From assembly GCA_019057475.1 (NCBI GenBank), contig DXJO01000055.1, positions 1 through 18,086 on the forward strand: a DNA stretch of 18,086 bases, given 5' to 3'. Of the stretch, positions 1 to 8,907 are shown one piece after another. Below the pieces are notes generated by a model. The model was not told the DNA's origin and made no database searches. It worked only from the letters and a program-made list of their open reading frames with translations. The DNA is from Candidatus Thorarchaeota archaeon (GTDB lineage: Archaea > Asgardarchaeota > Thorarchaeia > Thorarchaeales > Thorarchaeaceae). Position numbers and translations under genes: made by a program. Numbering within the stretch: the stretch's first letter is position 1; the number at the start of each line of letters is the position of its first letter.

Positions 1-257
1 GATGATGACAGACAAAGCCCCTGCTGACTCCAGCGGAGAATGGAGGATGGTGACATCTGGCAGGGGAAGGGTGGAACACAGGAGTTTCTTGCAGTTGAGT
101 GTCACTCACATGAAATGTAAGAAATGGGTTATCTGGTTTGTTATCGAATATTCTCTAGAAAATAAAAAGGTTCTATTTTTTATAGTAACTTAGTAATTAG
201 GATAAACAAGGTATCTAAAGTTGTTAAATAAACTCATAACTCTCATGGTGAGAACTA

Positions 258-1313
258 TTGATTGAGATCAGAAACGCCGTAGAGGAGGATAATTCCGCGT
301 TAATAGAGCTCCAGAAGAAATGCCCCATGGGGAGAAGCCTCATCCTCCAGTTCGACAGCTCCCCCAGCTACTTCAACCGTTCCAAACATCAAACCGAGAA
401 CCACATCATCGTCGCAATGGAAGAAGGAAACATAGTAGGCTCCGCCTCCTGCGCCTTCATGGAAAAACGAGTAAATGGAAAAACCCTCAGAACAGCATAC
501 AACTACGGCCTCATGGTTGACCCCAATCACAGACGTAAAGGGATCGCCACACTCCTCACTGAACGTAGAGAGGAGATAGCCACGGAACACGACATCGACA
601 TGATCTTCTGTCAGATCATGCAGGACAACATGCCATCCATCAGAATACAGGAAAAGAGAAACTTCATACATGTCAAAGACGTCACCGGCTACGTACTCAT
701 GGTCTACAAACCCCAAAGACCATCAACCAACGGCGTAATTCGACCAGCAGAGGAACCCGACCTCCCACGCATCGCGGACCTCATCAACGACACCTATAGT
801 GAATATGACCTCTACAAACCCCACAAAGTTGACGAGTTCAAGGAACTCATAGAGAAAAGAGCTCACTACGACCTCAACAACATCCATGTCTACGAGAAAG
901 AAGGAGAAGTAAAAGCATGCCTCGGATACTGGGACTACAATAAGGTCATACAGATGACAGTCCTCCAGCTCGCAAGAAAGGATCAACTCATGAACCTTGC
1001 ACTAGCCTTCCTAGGCATATTCACCAAGCTACCAAGAATCCCCAAACCCGGACAACACTTAACACAATACTTCCTCCAAGATATAGGCTTCACAAAACCC
1101 GAATACCTAAACGAACTAGTAAAACACGTCAACAACATAGCACTCAAAAACGACATCAGAGTCCTCACAACACTGGGAGTAGAAGAACCCATCACAGACG
1201 TCCTGTCAAAGTTCATGAACGCAACCTCAACAGAACGCATCTACGCCAAACCACTCAAAGAACTAGACCTAACCGGATTCGGACAAAAAAAGATCTTCAT
1301 CTCAATGGAATAG
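258..1313 (+). CDS. GNAT-family N-acetyltransferase (N-terminal GNAT plus a probable second degenerate GNAT fold)
   Basis: 351-aa ORF. Acetyl-CoA motif A 'LMVDPNHRRKGIATLL' and 'N.PS' motif; a second 'IRPAEEPDLPRIADLIN' GNAT-like start; GGTGA SD at ~247-251 before a TTG start. Confidence 0.85.
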   Translation: MIEIRNAVEEDNSALIELQKKCPMGRSLILQFDSSPSYFNRSKHQTENHIIVAMEEGNIVGSASCAFMEKRVNGKTLRTAYNYGLMVDPNHRRKGIATLLTERREEIATEHDIDMIFCQIMQDNMPSIRIQEKRNFIHVKDVTGYVLMVYKPQRPSTNGVIRPAEEPDLPRIADLINDTYSEYDLYKPHKVDEFKELIEKRAHYDLNNIHVYEKEGEVKACLGYWDYNKVIQMTVLQLARKDQLMNLALAFLGIFTKLPRIPKPGQHLTQYFLQDIGFTKPEYLNELVKHVNNIALKNDIRVLTTLGVEEPITDVLSKFMNATSTERIYAKPLKELDLTGFGQKKIFISME

Positions 1314-1380
1314 ACTATCACTGCTTTCATAGGTAACATCGCCATCAGCAAGTGTTCGCGTTTTCTGGATAGTCAACATC

Positions 1381-1998
1381 TTACCCGATATTCCTCCAGA
1401 TTGGGCCTTTCGCCACAAGATAGATCTCGGCACTAGTTTTTCTTGATGCTTCGGGTTTCACTAGCTTTACAGACTTGAACTTTGCACGAGTTGATTTGAG
1501 AAACTCCTGAAACCCCTGACCTTGGAAAACCTTGGTTAGAACTTTCCCGTTCTTCGTGAGAAATCTGAGTGCGAGTTCAATTGTGTGTTCTGCGAGGTCG
1601 ATTTGCCTGATTGCATCTAGACTCCATGTTCCCGAAACCTTAGGTGAACAGTCTGAAAGCACCAGATCTACAGCCCCCTCGGTTGCCTCCTCGATTGCTT
1701 CGATAATCTCAGGACTTGTGATGTCTCCTAGGATGAACCTCACGTCCTGAATTGGCGGCATGAGATTCAAATCCACGGCAACGATTCTAAGTCCAGGATC
1801 AAGTTCTCTCAAGACCTGAGTCCACCCGCCTGGGCTGCAACAGAGTTCTAGGACCTTGTCAACGCCTTGGAGAAGATTGTGCTTCTTCGCAATCTGTCTA
1901 AGCTTGTAGGCAGACCGACTTCTGTATCCATGCTTCTTGGCGGCTTGGTAGTAACGTTCCTTCTTCCGGTCTTTTTCACCGCCTCTAGGCTTTCCCAA
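1381..1998 (-). CDS. rlmE: RlmE/RrmJ/FtsJ-family RNA 2'-O-ribose methyltransferase
   Basis: 'YRSRSAYKL', motif I 'ELCCSPGGW', K-D-K-E tetrad (AYKL, LSDCSP, TKVFQG, SAEIY). Start moved to TTG at 1998, just after the trm1 stop, with GGAG upstream; the ORF-track start at 2058 overlaps trm1. Confidence 0.9.
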   Translation of the reverse strand: MGKPRGGEKDRKKERYYQAAKKHGYRSRSAYKLRQIAKKHNLLQGVDKVLELCCSPGGWTQVLRELDPGLRIVAVDLNLMPPIQDVRFILGDITSPEIIEAIEEATEGAVDLVLSDCSPKVSGTWSLDAIRQIDLAEHTIELALRFLTKNGKVLTKVFQGQGFQEFLKSTRAKFKSVKLVKPEASRKTSAEIYLVAKGPIWRNIG

Positions 1999-2002
1999 TG
2001 TG

Positions 2003-3208
2003 TTATCCCGCTCCTGTGAGATTCCTGATGATGTGCACCATCTCGCTGACCGGACCATTGGTCCTTATTGCAGTAGGTCGGAAGTGCGTTTGTGACACTC
2101 TATAGCCCATATTTCTGAGTTCCTCCATGACTGCTGAGGTTTTGGGCGGTACAAGGTTATGCAAATCACACAGCTCGTGAATATCGACATAAGCGTATTT
2201 CATCAGGCCACACTCCTTTTTCATCAGGTCCAACAATCGAGGAACACGCTTGTGGAATGAATCCTCGTAATCGGGAAGCATTTCTCCAGCTAAGTTCAAG
2301 AACTCGGAATCATATAGGTTAGCAATCCACAAAGGACCCGCAGCCCGCACCTTACCATCGCAATTCTCTTTCTGATGCTGAAATCCAGAATCCGGTGAAA
2401 TAGCTCTGAGGGATACTGATTCAGTATGCATGCAGTTCGGACAGTAACGCATGAAACCGATACTATCCGCCTGCCGGTTGGATGTGATTCTGTCCGCCTT
2501 GATTCCGAACCAGACTCTGATGTAGTGATTCGTGCTCAAAGCAGCCAATGGACTGATGGAGTAATCATTCATTCCTGCCACGGAGTATGTGAGTCCCACC
2601 AGCAACCTAACTGCAATCTCATGTGAAAACGGCGCTCTTATGGACGATCCTCCATACTTCCTCAGGGCGACACGCGGATATACTCCGCACAAGGCTGGCA
2701 TATCAGTCGCAGTTAGACCCAGCATTGCTCCACGCGGGTTGAGCGATTGAATAGCGGCGTTCAAGTACGGTGCTGGTGAACCAAACGGGTCAACATCCAC
2801 AAAATCAAACCTCTTACCCCGTGACTCGGTTATCAACAGCACTTTGGCATCGCCCTTCTTCACTAATGCCCGCTTTCCAAAGCTGAGCAGTTCTATGTTC
2901 TTCTGCACCATTTCCACAGCTAGTGGGTTGACATCGAACATCTCTGCATGGAATTCACCCGCGCACTCGTTTAGATAACGAAGAGTTCTAACGCCTGACC
3001 CGGTGAGAGGCTCACACATCAGGTCAACGGGATTCTTCTTCATATATGTGGAGAGGAAGAGAACTGACAAATCCCGATTCAATTGCATGCGCTTATTGTA
3101 GAAAACTGGCAGGTCTGACGTGGCCAGTCCTTGGCCTCGACTGTAATGCTCTACATCTGCGCACAGGAATGTGGTCCTGCCTTCTGAATACTCCTTGATG
3201 ACAGTCAT
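2003..3208 (-). CDS. trm1: tRNA (guanine26-N2)-dimethyltransferase Trm1
   Basis: 'VFYNKRMQLNRDLSV', 'GSGVRTLRY', 'DVDPFGSP', 'TATD', 'HYIRV', CPNC Zn-finger remnant, 'GPLWI', C-terminal 'THF.PTAIRTN'. Confidence 0.95.
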   Translation of the reverse strand: MTVIKEYSEGRTTFLCADVEHYSRGQGLATSDLPVFYNKRMQLNRDLSVLFLSTYMKKNPVDLMCEPLTGSGVRTLRYLNECAGEFHAEMFDVNPLAVEMVQKNIELLSFGKRALVKKGDAKVLLITESRGKRFDFVDVDPFGSPAPYLNAAIQSLNPRGAMLGLTATDMPALCGVYPRVALRKYGGSSIRAPFSHEIAVRLLVGLTYSVAGMNDYSISPLAALSTNHYIRVWFGIKADRITSNRQADSIGFMRYCPNCMHTESVSLRAISPDSGFQHQKENCDGKVRAAGPLWIANLYDSEFLNLAGEMLPDYEDSFHKRVPRLLDLMKKECGLMKYAYVDIHELCDLHNLVPPKTSAVMEELRNMGYRVSQTHFRPTAIRTNGPVSEMVHIIRNLTGAG

Positions 3209-3338
3209 GTAATCGATTCAATTCATTCTGATGCGCTAATAAGAAGATAGCCATGGCTCGCTCACAACAGAGTGCTGGTCCGTAACCTCTAAAGGGAGCG
3301 TGAAGCTGAGCCTGCATGTATAACTACAGGTGTTCGAA

Positions 3339-3827
3339 ATGACGACCAGAGTGAAGATATCTACTGACAAGGGTGACATAATGGCGGAGTTCTGGAATGA
3401 CGACGCAATCAATACGATCAAGAACTTCATCACGTTGGCCCAGAGCGGTTTCTATGATGGCCTCGCTTTTCACCGTGTTGTGCCTGATTTCGTAATTCAA
3501 GGTGGCGATCCACTTGGTAATGGTACTGGTGGCCCTGGATATGCAATCCCCTGTGAAACGACTGGAGGAAGGCAGGTACATGAGGACGGGTCGTTCTCTA
3601 TGGCTCACGCGGGAAAAAACACCGGTGGGTCTCAGTTCTTCATAGTTCTGAACGGGAACAATTGCAAACACCTTAACAACAAGCATACAGTGTTCGGGAA
3701 GGTCACCGAGGGTTTTGATGTAGTTCAGAAAATCAGACAAGGCGGCAAGATGCTCAAGGTTGATGTTTTGGAAGTAGGTCCCGCCATAGAGAATCAGAAA
3801 CTACAGAAACTCCCTTCAAGAGGCTGA
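3339..3827 (+). CDS. Cyclophilin-type peptidyl-prolyl cis-trans isomerase
   Basis: 'FYDGLAFHRVVPDFVIQGGDP', 'SMAHAGKNTGGSQFFI', 'HTVFGKV'. AGGTG SD at 3328-3332 favours ATG 3339 over GTG 3330. Confidence 0.95.
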   Translation: MTTRVKISTDKGDIMAEFWNDDAINTIKNFITLAQSGFYDGLAFHRVVPDFVIQGGDPLGNGTGGPGYAIPCETTGGRQVHEDGSFSMAHAGKNTGGSQFFIVLNGNNCKHLNNKHTVFGKVTEGFDVVQKIRQGGKMLKVDVLEVGPAIENQKLQKLPSRG

Positions 3828-3849
3828 AGCGTCCTCACATCTCCAAAAC

Positions 3850-4752
3850 TTGGACTTGATGACAATGAGATTTGGTGTTGTTCCTCTAGAGTTTAAGCCT
3901 GCAATCGACCGCATCGTGGTGAACGGGGTTCCTGACTTCAGTCGCTTCGACATTGTCGAGATTGTACGGGAAGCTGTTGGAATGGAACACATCAGCGTGA
4001 TCGAGGTCTCCATGGACATTGAGCATATCGCTCCGGGTACATTGACACCCGAGGTCATTGATCGGCTGGTCGATTTGAAGGATGAACTCAAGCACTCATA
4101 CTCGGTTCACTTGCCTCTCTGGTCCACTGAGCCAGCTAGCTTCAACGAGTTTGTAAGAAGGGCAACAGTCGACACCACTGTGAGCTCAATCAAGCTCGCG
4201 GAGCCCTTGGAACCTGAGGCCTACGTCTTCCATTCCACTGGAGCACTCGCCACCGAGTTCTCTCAACTTGATTTCTCCAAGGACATGGTTGCAATGGTCT
4301 GTGGATATATGTCCATATTCTCAGCAAAGAGTGTCGAGGAAGTTCTCACCAAGTCTGAATTAGACCCCAAGAAGTTTGCAATCGAAAACATCGAATTTCC
4401 GTTTTCACTTACCCGTGAGATAGTGGATGAGTACGACACTGGCATATGCTTTGACACAGGACATGCATTGACACGCTACTCTGGTGATGAATCGGTAATT
4501 GAGTTCTACAATGCTCATAAGGACAGAATCATCGAGTTCCATCTACATGATGGAATCTATGAGGAGCGAGAGGGTGTTGTAATTCATGACGATCACATAG
4601 CACTAGGTACGGGTGAGATGCCAATTAGGGAGCTCCTCATGGAGGTCGTCAAGGACAAATTCAACGGTCCGGTGATATTCGAACTGACGTCGGCGGAAAC
4701 CATAGAATCGCTCCGGAAGATCAAGGAAGTTGTTCCAGAAGCCCTCGGATAG
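3850..4752 (+). CDS. Xylose-isomerase-like/AP endonuclease 2 TIM-barrel metalloenzyme, CbiR (cobamide-remodelling phosphodiesterase)-like
   Basis: Metal-ligand motifs 'SVHLP', 'VFH', 'IENIE', 'FDTGH', 'FHLHDG', 'DH..LG.G', 'IFE'. The true start may be one of the ATGs a few codons downstream. Confidence 0.75.
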   Translation: MDLMTMRFGVVPLEFKPAIDRIVVNGVPDFSRFDIVEIVREAVGMEHISVIEVSMDIEHIAPGTLTPEVIDRLVDLKDELKHSYSVHLPLWSTEPASFNEFVRRATVDTTVSSIKLAEPLEPEAYVFHSTGALATEFSQLDFSKDMVAMVCGYMSIFSAKSVEEVLTKSELDPKKFAIENIEFPFSLTREIVDEYDTGICFDTGHALTRYSGDESVIEFYNAHKDRIIEFHLHDGIYEEREGVVIHDDHIALGTGEMPIRELLMEVVKDKFNGPVIFELTSAETIESLRKIKEVVPEALG

Positions 4753-4924
4753 TGCAAAATCTTTTTATCATGAGTGACTTTGTCGATTTGCCATCCATGG
4801 GCCCGTGGCATAGACTGGTGATTGCGCCGCTCTGATAAGGCGGATGTCACGTGTTCAAATCACGTCGGGCCCACCATCTTCTTGGAGTCATCTTTGAGTT
4901 TCATCATGAACGCCTTCTGGTATT

Positions 4925-5275
4925 TCAGTACCATAGTCCGGATTTCTTCTTCATCTTTCTTGCACCCGTAAGACAACAGAGCGTTATCAGGACTAAAATC
5001 ACAAGTACTACGAAAATCGCGGTCGTTTCAAATACCTGGGATGGAGGTACTGTACCTAACGAGAGCATCCAGAAGAAGATGACTGCAATAATCACCAGAA
5101 ATAGCTCAAAACAGATGTAACTAGCGTAGTTGTCAGCAGCCCCACACAATGGCGTGCAATAAACGCCCCAGATCTGAGAGTTTGGTGTATGTCTTCCGCA
5201 CCACTTGCAGCGCTGTCCAGCATACCCATACTGACCCTGTTTTGGGTATACAGAATCGAATTCATCTGCTCCCAA
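4925..5275 (-). CDS. Small membrane protein with CxxC...YCxxxC Zn-finger and two TM helices
   Basis: 'CKWCG...YCTPLC' followed by two hydrophobic segments and a basic tail 'RKMKKK'; fills an otherwise empty gap; TTG start. Confidence 0.6.
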   Translation of the reverse strand: MGADEFDSVYPKQGQYGYAGQRCKWCGRHTPNSQIWGVYCTPLCGAADNYASYICFELFLVIIAVIFFWMLSLGTVPPSQVFETTAIFVVLVILVLITLCCLTGARKMKKKSGLWY

Positions 5276-5437
5276 TCAAAGCCCTCTATGATTACAATCC
5301 CTGGAACGGGTAATATGTTTATTGTCAACTCTTTTTTTCAACGCCTCAACATCCATTATGTCCAATGAACATCGATGCCGGGATCACTTCTGAGCTGTGG
5401 TGCAATAGCTAGAGAAACGATGATCCCATCTATTCCC

Positions 5438-7324
5438 TTAGAGCTGGAGTTTGAATGTATATTCCTCATCTTGAATGGCCAGATTACTCTCTACAACTTT
5501 CCCAGTCTTGTGTATGAAGCGAACCATCTTCTGGTTTTGGGGGTGGACGTATGCAATGAATCTCTTGACACCCTTGCTCTTGGCAATTCGCATGAGGTGG
5601 TTCAGCAAGAATGTCCCTACTCCTCGACCTTGGTAATCGTCCTCTACAAGTAGAGCAAACTCAGCTGCGTTTTTGCTTCGGTCCAGCAGATATCTTCCTG
5701 CTCCAATTATTTTCTCAGCTTCTTTCTCGTCGTCGGTACTGATTACTGCTACAATCGAGATGTCGCGGTCTTGGTCTACATTGTAGAAGTCTTGGAGTGT
5801 CTGCCTTCTGAGGCTTCTCAATGGAGTAAGAAACCGGAAATAGATAGACTCCTCACTTAGATTATAGAACAGTCCTTTGATTCGGTCTGCGTCATCTGGA
5901 CGAATCAATCTGAATTGCACGTTGACATCCCCCTCAGGGCCCTTGAACGTTTCTTGGCACTCGTATTCCGTCGCAAAGTATGTGCCTTGGACCTGAAATG
6001 GCACTTGGTCCTCGAACACATAGTGCATCTTCTTCGCCGCTTCCAATAGCTCATTCCTGAACTTCGGATGTGCAACAGCAATCAGTGACAGAACACGTTC
6101 TCGTATCGTTTTTCCATGGAGCGTAGCAAGGCCGTACTCGGTGATGATATAATCGACATCACCCCGTGTTGTGACGACCCCCGCTCCCTCGCTGAGGCGC
6201 GGCACAATCCTTGAAACCTCCCCATCCATTGCGGTTGATAACATGCAGATGATGGCTTTGCCACCCGGGGATTTAGATGCGCCGCGGATGAAGTCAACTT
6301 GGCCGCCAATCCCGCTGTAGAATCTATGACCAATCGAGTCTGCACATACCTGTCCTGTTAGGTCAATCTCAAGCGCAGAGTTGATTGCTATCATTCTCTT
6401 GTTTTGACCAATGACGTGCGGGTCGTTGACATAGGCAGTGTCATGAAAATGGAACATTGGATTATCATCTATGAAGTCATAGAGCTTCTTTGTACCCATT
6501 GCGAAGCTGGCGATCACCTTGTCCCGGTGAATGGTCTTTTTCTTGTTATTGACAATGCCGCTCTCAATTAGCGGAATCAGACTGTCACTAAACATCTCTG
6601 TATGTATCCCTAGGTCTCTAACGCCTGTTTCCATTAGATTACTACAGACTGACTGTGGGAGGGCGCCTATCCCCAGCTCCAATGTGGACCCATTTTCAAT
6701 AAGCCTCGCCACAAACGAGCCGATGAGGTCTATTACTTCGTCCACTTCCTGCGCCTCAAGCTCTCGCAGGGGCTCGTTGTGGGGCACCAAGTAATCCAAA
6801 TCATTGACCTGTATGAAAGAGTCACCGTGTGTGACAGGCATTCTGTTGTTAACCTGAGCTATGACAAGATTCGCACTCTCTGCAGCTGATTTCGTGATAT
6901 CGACTGCGATACCGAGAGAGCAGTAGCCATGTTCGTCTGGGGGGCTCACTTGAATCATCGCAACATCAAGTGGCATTCTCTTGTGGCGGAAGAGTCTAGG
7001 AATATCAGATAGCATGATGGGCGTGTAATCTGCCCTCCCCTCAGCAACTGCATCGCGTATGTTGGCACTGACGAAGAAGGAGTTGTGTCTGAATTGAGCC
7101 TGGAACTTTGGATCCGCGGAAGGCGTATCTCCAAGGGTCAGGAGATGGACAATCTCATTGTCAGCCATCTGATCTGCACACTTAGCAAGTTCTTGCACAA
7201 GATAATAGGGGACGCCACAACCAGTTCCCAGGAAGATACGAGAGCCTCTTCCAATCTTCCCAATGGCGTCATTAGCTGTCAGGACTTTCTTCTTGTACTT
7301 CTCAGTCCACTTAGTCCTTGGCAT
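5438..7324 (-). CDS. Acetyl-CoA hydrolase/4-hydroxybutyrate CoA-transferase-family protein fused to a C-terminal Pat-type GNAT acetyltransferase
   Basis: N-terminal ~430 aa: 'GRADYTP', 'LGIHTEMFSD' (catalytic Glu), 'SGIGGQVDF.RGA', 'VDYIITEYG'. C-terminal ~170 aa: 'RLIRPDD', 'LSEESIYFRF', 'AEFALLVEDDYQGRGVG', 'N.KM'. Confidence 0.92.
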   Translation of the reverse strand: MPRTKWTEKYKKKVLTANDAIGKIGRGSRIFLGTGCGVPYYLVQELAKCADQMADNEIVHLLTLGDTPSADPKFQAQFRHNSFFVSANIRDAVAEGRADYTPIMLSDIPRLFRHKRMPLDVAMIQVSPPDEHGYCSLGIAVDITKSAAESANLVIAQVNNRMPVTHGDSFIQVNDLDYLVPHNEPLRELEAQEVDEVIDLIGSFVARLIENGSTLELGIGALPQSVCSNLMETGVRDLGIHTEMFSDSLIPLIESGIVNNKKKTIHRDKVIASFAMGTKKLYDFIDDNPMFHFHDTAYVNDPHVIGQNKRMIAINSALEIDLTGQVCADSIGHRFYSGIGGQVDFIRGASKSPGGKAIICMLSTAMDGEVSRIVPRLSEGAGVVTTRGDVDYIITEYGLATLHGKTIRERVLSLIAVAHPKFRNELLEAAKKMHYVFEDQVPFQVQGTYFATEYECQETFKGPEGDVNVQFRLIRPDDADRIKGLFYNLSEESIYFRFLTPLRSLRRQTLQDFYNVDQDRDISIVAVISTDDEKEAEKIIGAGRYLLDRSKNAAEFALLVEDDYQGRGVGTFLLNHLMRIAKSKGVKRFIAYVHPQNQKMVRFIHKTGKVVESNLAIQDEEYTFKLQL

Positions 7325-7489
7325 AATTATACCTCTCTCCGTTGAGCTCAGAACCGACCTCCAAGCATATAGGGATTTCCAAGCAACGCGGTATACCCCT
7401 TTCCATATCTCTCAGTTAGTCGGAAGCCTTTTGTGCTCAGTGCGTTGCGCCGAGTTCAATATTAGACAGCCTTCTAGGTGACGACAATC

Positions 7490-8752
7490 ATGTCTGAGAA
7501 CGTTGGAAATAGGTATCTTGTTATTGTTGGTGCAATAATTGTCCAGCTGTGCCTTGGAACCATCTACGCTTGGTCCGTGTTTCAGGATGTGCTCGAAACC
7601 GGATCCGGGTACGGATGGGAACGCCTGTACACACAGCTGCCCTTCGCCGCCGGTCTAGCATCCTTTGCATTGTTCATGATCTTTGCTGGTCGCTGGCAAG
7701 ATAGTGTTGGACCAAGAAAAGTTGCTACGGTAGGTGGTATCCTCCTGGGCACTGGGTATATCCTCGCATCGTTAGTCGATATGCTCGGCTTGGCCTCGAA
7801 TTCGGTAATGGGTACTGTCTACTTGGTCATCACCTATGGGATAATCGGTGGTGCAGGCATTGGCTTTGCATATGTATGTCCAATAGCCTCCTTAGTGAAG
7901 TGGTTTCCTGACAAGAAGGGCGCCATCACTGGAGTAGCCGTGGCTGGATTTGGCGGTGGCGCGTTGATATTTCTCTATGTGGAACAATACCTCCTGGCTT
8001 TGTCAGGCAGTTATGTTGGAATGCCGTTCCTAGTACTTGGTATCGTCTATCTTGTAGGCGTTATTTTGGGTGCCCAAGTACTTTCAAACCCACCAGTCGG
8101 TTGGACCCCACCGGGTTGGACACCTCCTCAGTCAACCGCTGATGGCGCTGGCACTGGAATGACTCCAGGTGGAATGATTAGGACATCTTCATTCTGGTTG
8201 CTCTGGCTCATATTCGTGTTCGCTGCTACTGCTGGTCTCATGACTCTGGGCAATGTTGTCCGGGCAGCCAAAGAAATCGATCCCCTTGTGAACGCTTTAG
8301 GTCTGGGAGCTCTAATCGGCGGAATTATGTCGATTTTTAATGCCGCCGGCAGAATCGTCTGGGGTGCGCTGTCAGACAAGATCGGACGCGTTACTGCAAT
8401 GATTCTGATGTTCCTAATCCTTGCACTGGCAATGTTTGGCTTCTCTGCCATCGCCCTGGAACCGAACTCATGGATTGTGGTGACAGCAGTTGCCTCTGTC
8501 ATCGGTTTCTGCTTTGGTGGTAACTTCGCACTGTTCCCATCCGCAACTGCTGACTACTTCGGCTCAGAGAATGTGGGCAAGAACTATGGAGTCGTGTTCA
8601 CAGCATATGGTATTGCAGGTATTGTGGGTGCACTGGTAGCAGGTATTTTTGGTCAACTGGCCGGCTACTCTTTGGCCTTCCTGATTACAGGGGTTCTTGC
8701 AATCATTGCAGTGGTTCTTACAGTAATCCTGAGGTTCACTCGCAAGGAGTAG
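7490..8752 (+). CDS. MFS transporter, OFA/monocarboxylate (oxalate:formate antiporter-like) family
   Basis: About 12 TM helices; 'LGTIYAWSVF', 'GRWQDSVGPR', 'KWFPDKKG...G', 'GRIVWGALSDKIGR', 'DYFG..N.G.NYG'. AGGTGA SD at 7476-7481 favours ATG 7490. Confidence 0.9.
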   Translation: MSENVGNRYLVIVGAIIVQLCLGTIYAWSVFQDVLETGSGYGWERLYTQLPFAAGLASFALFMIFAGRWQDSVGPRKVATVGGILLGTGYILASLVDMLGLASNSVMGTVYLVITYGIIGGAGIGFAYVCPIASLVKWFPDKKGAITGVAVAGFGGGALIFLYVEQYLLALSGSYVGMPFLVLGIVYLVGVILGAQVLSNPPVGWTPPGWTPPQSTADGAGTGMTPGGMIRTSSFWLLWLIFVFAATAGLMTLGNVVRAAKEIDPLVNALGLGALIGGIMSIFNAAGRIVWGALSDKIGRVTAMILMFLILALAMFGFSAIALEPNSWIVVTAVASVIGFCFGGNFALFPSATADYFGSENVGKNYGVVFTAYGIAGIVGALVAGIFGQLAGYSLAFLITGVLAIIAVVLTVILRFTRKE

Positions 8753-8763
8753 TATATTCAACT

Positions 8764-8804
8764 GAGGTCAAGGGCTTCGGCCCTTGGCCCTCCCACTTCT
8801 TTTC
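8764..8804 (+). terminator. Hairpin with cUUCGg tetraloop plus pyrimidine tract after the MFS gene
   Basis: GGTCAAGGGC-TTCG-GCCCTTGGCC followed by CTTCTTTTCT. Confidence 0.65.
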
Positions 8805-8907
8805 TGGCTTGACCTTGATTTTCTGCCTAGGAGAGAGAGATAAGCTCATATAGGATTAATTCAGGCCCTCGACCGAAATATCGATTGATATTGTTCAAGA
8901 TTTCCGG

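Noticed and set aside
2-60. Possible C/D-box sRNA (ATGATGA...CTGA...TGGAGGA...CTGG)
   Set aside because: The terminal D box is CTGG rather than CTGA, the element is at the window edge, and no guide target can be verified.
2-193. 63-aa + strand ORF
   Set aside because: It runs into AT-rich promoter-like DNA and has no recognisable motif. A minus-strand frame from GTG 105 running off the window (MTLNCKKLLCSTLPLPDV...) is equally plausible, and neither can be supported.
1999-2058. N-terminal 20-aa extension of RlmE in the ORF track
   Set aside because: It overlaps the trm1 3' end; family similarity and the SD point to TTG at 1998.
3252-3318. Possible structured RNA between trm1 and the cyclophilin gene (GGCTC/GAGCC, CGCTC/GAGCG)
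   Set aside because: The stems are only 4-5 bp and resemble no known RNA family; the region is adequately explained as a divergent promoter.
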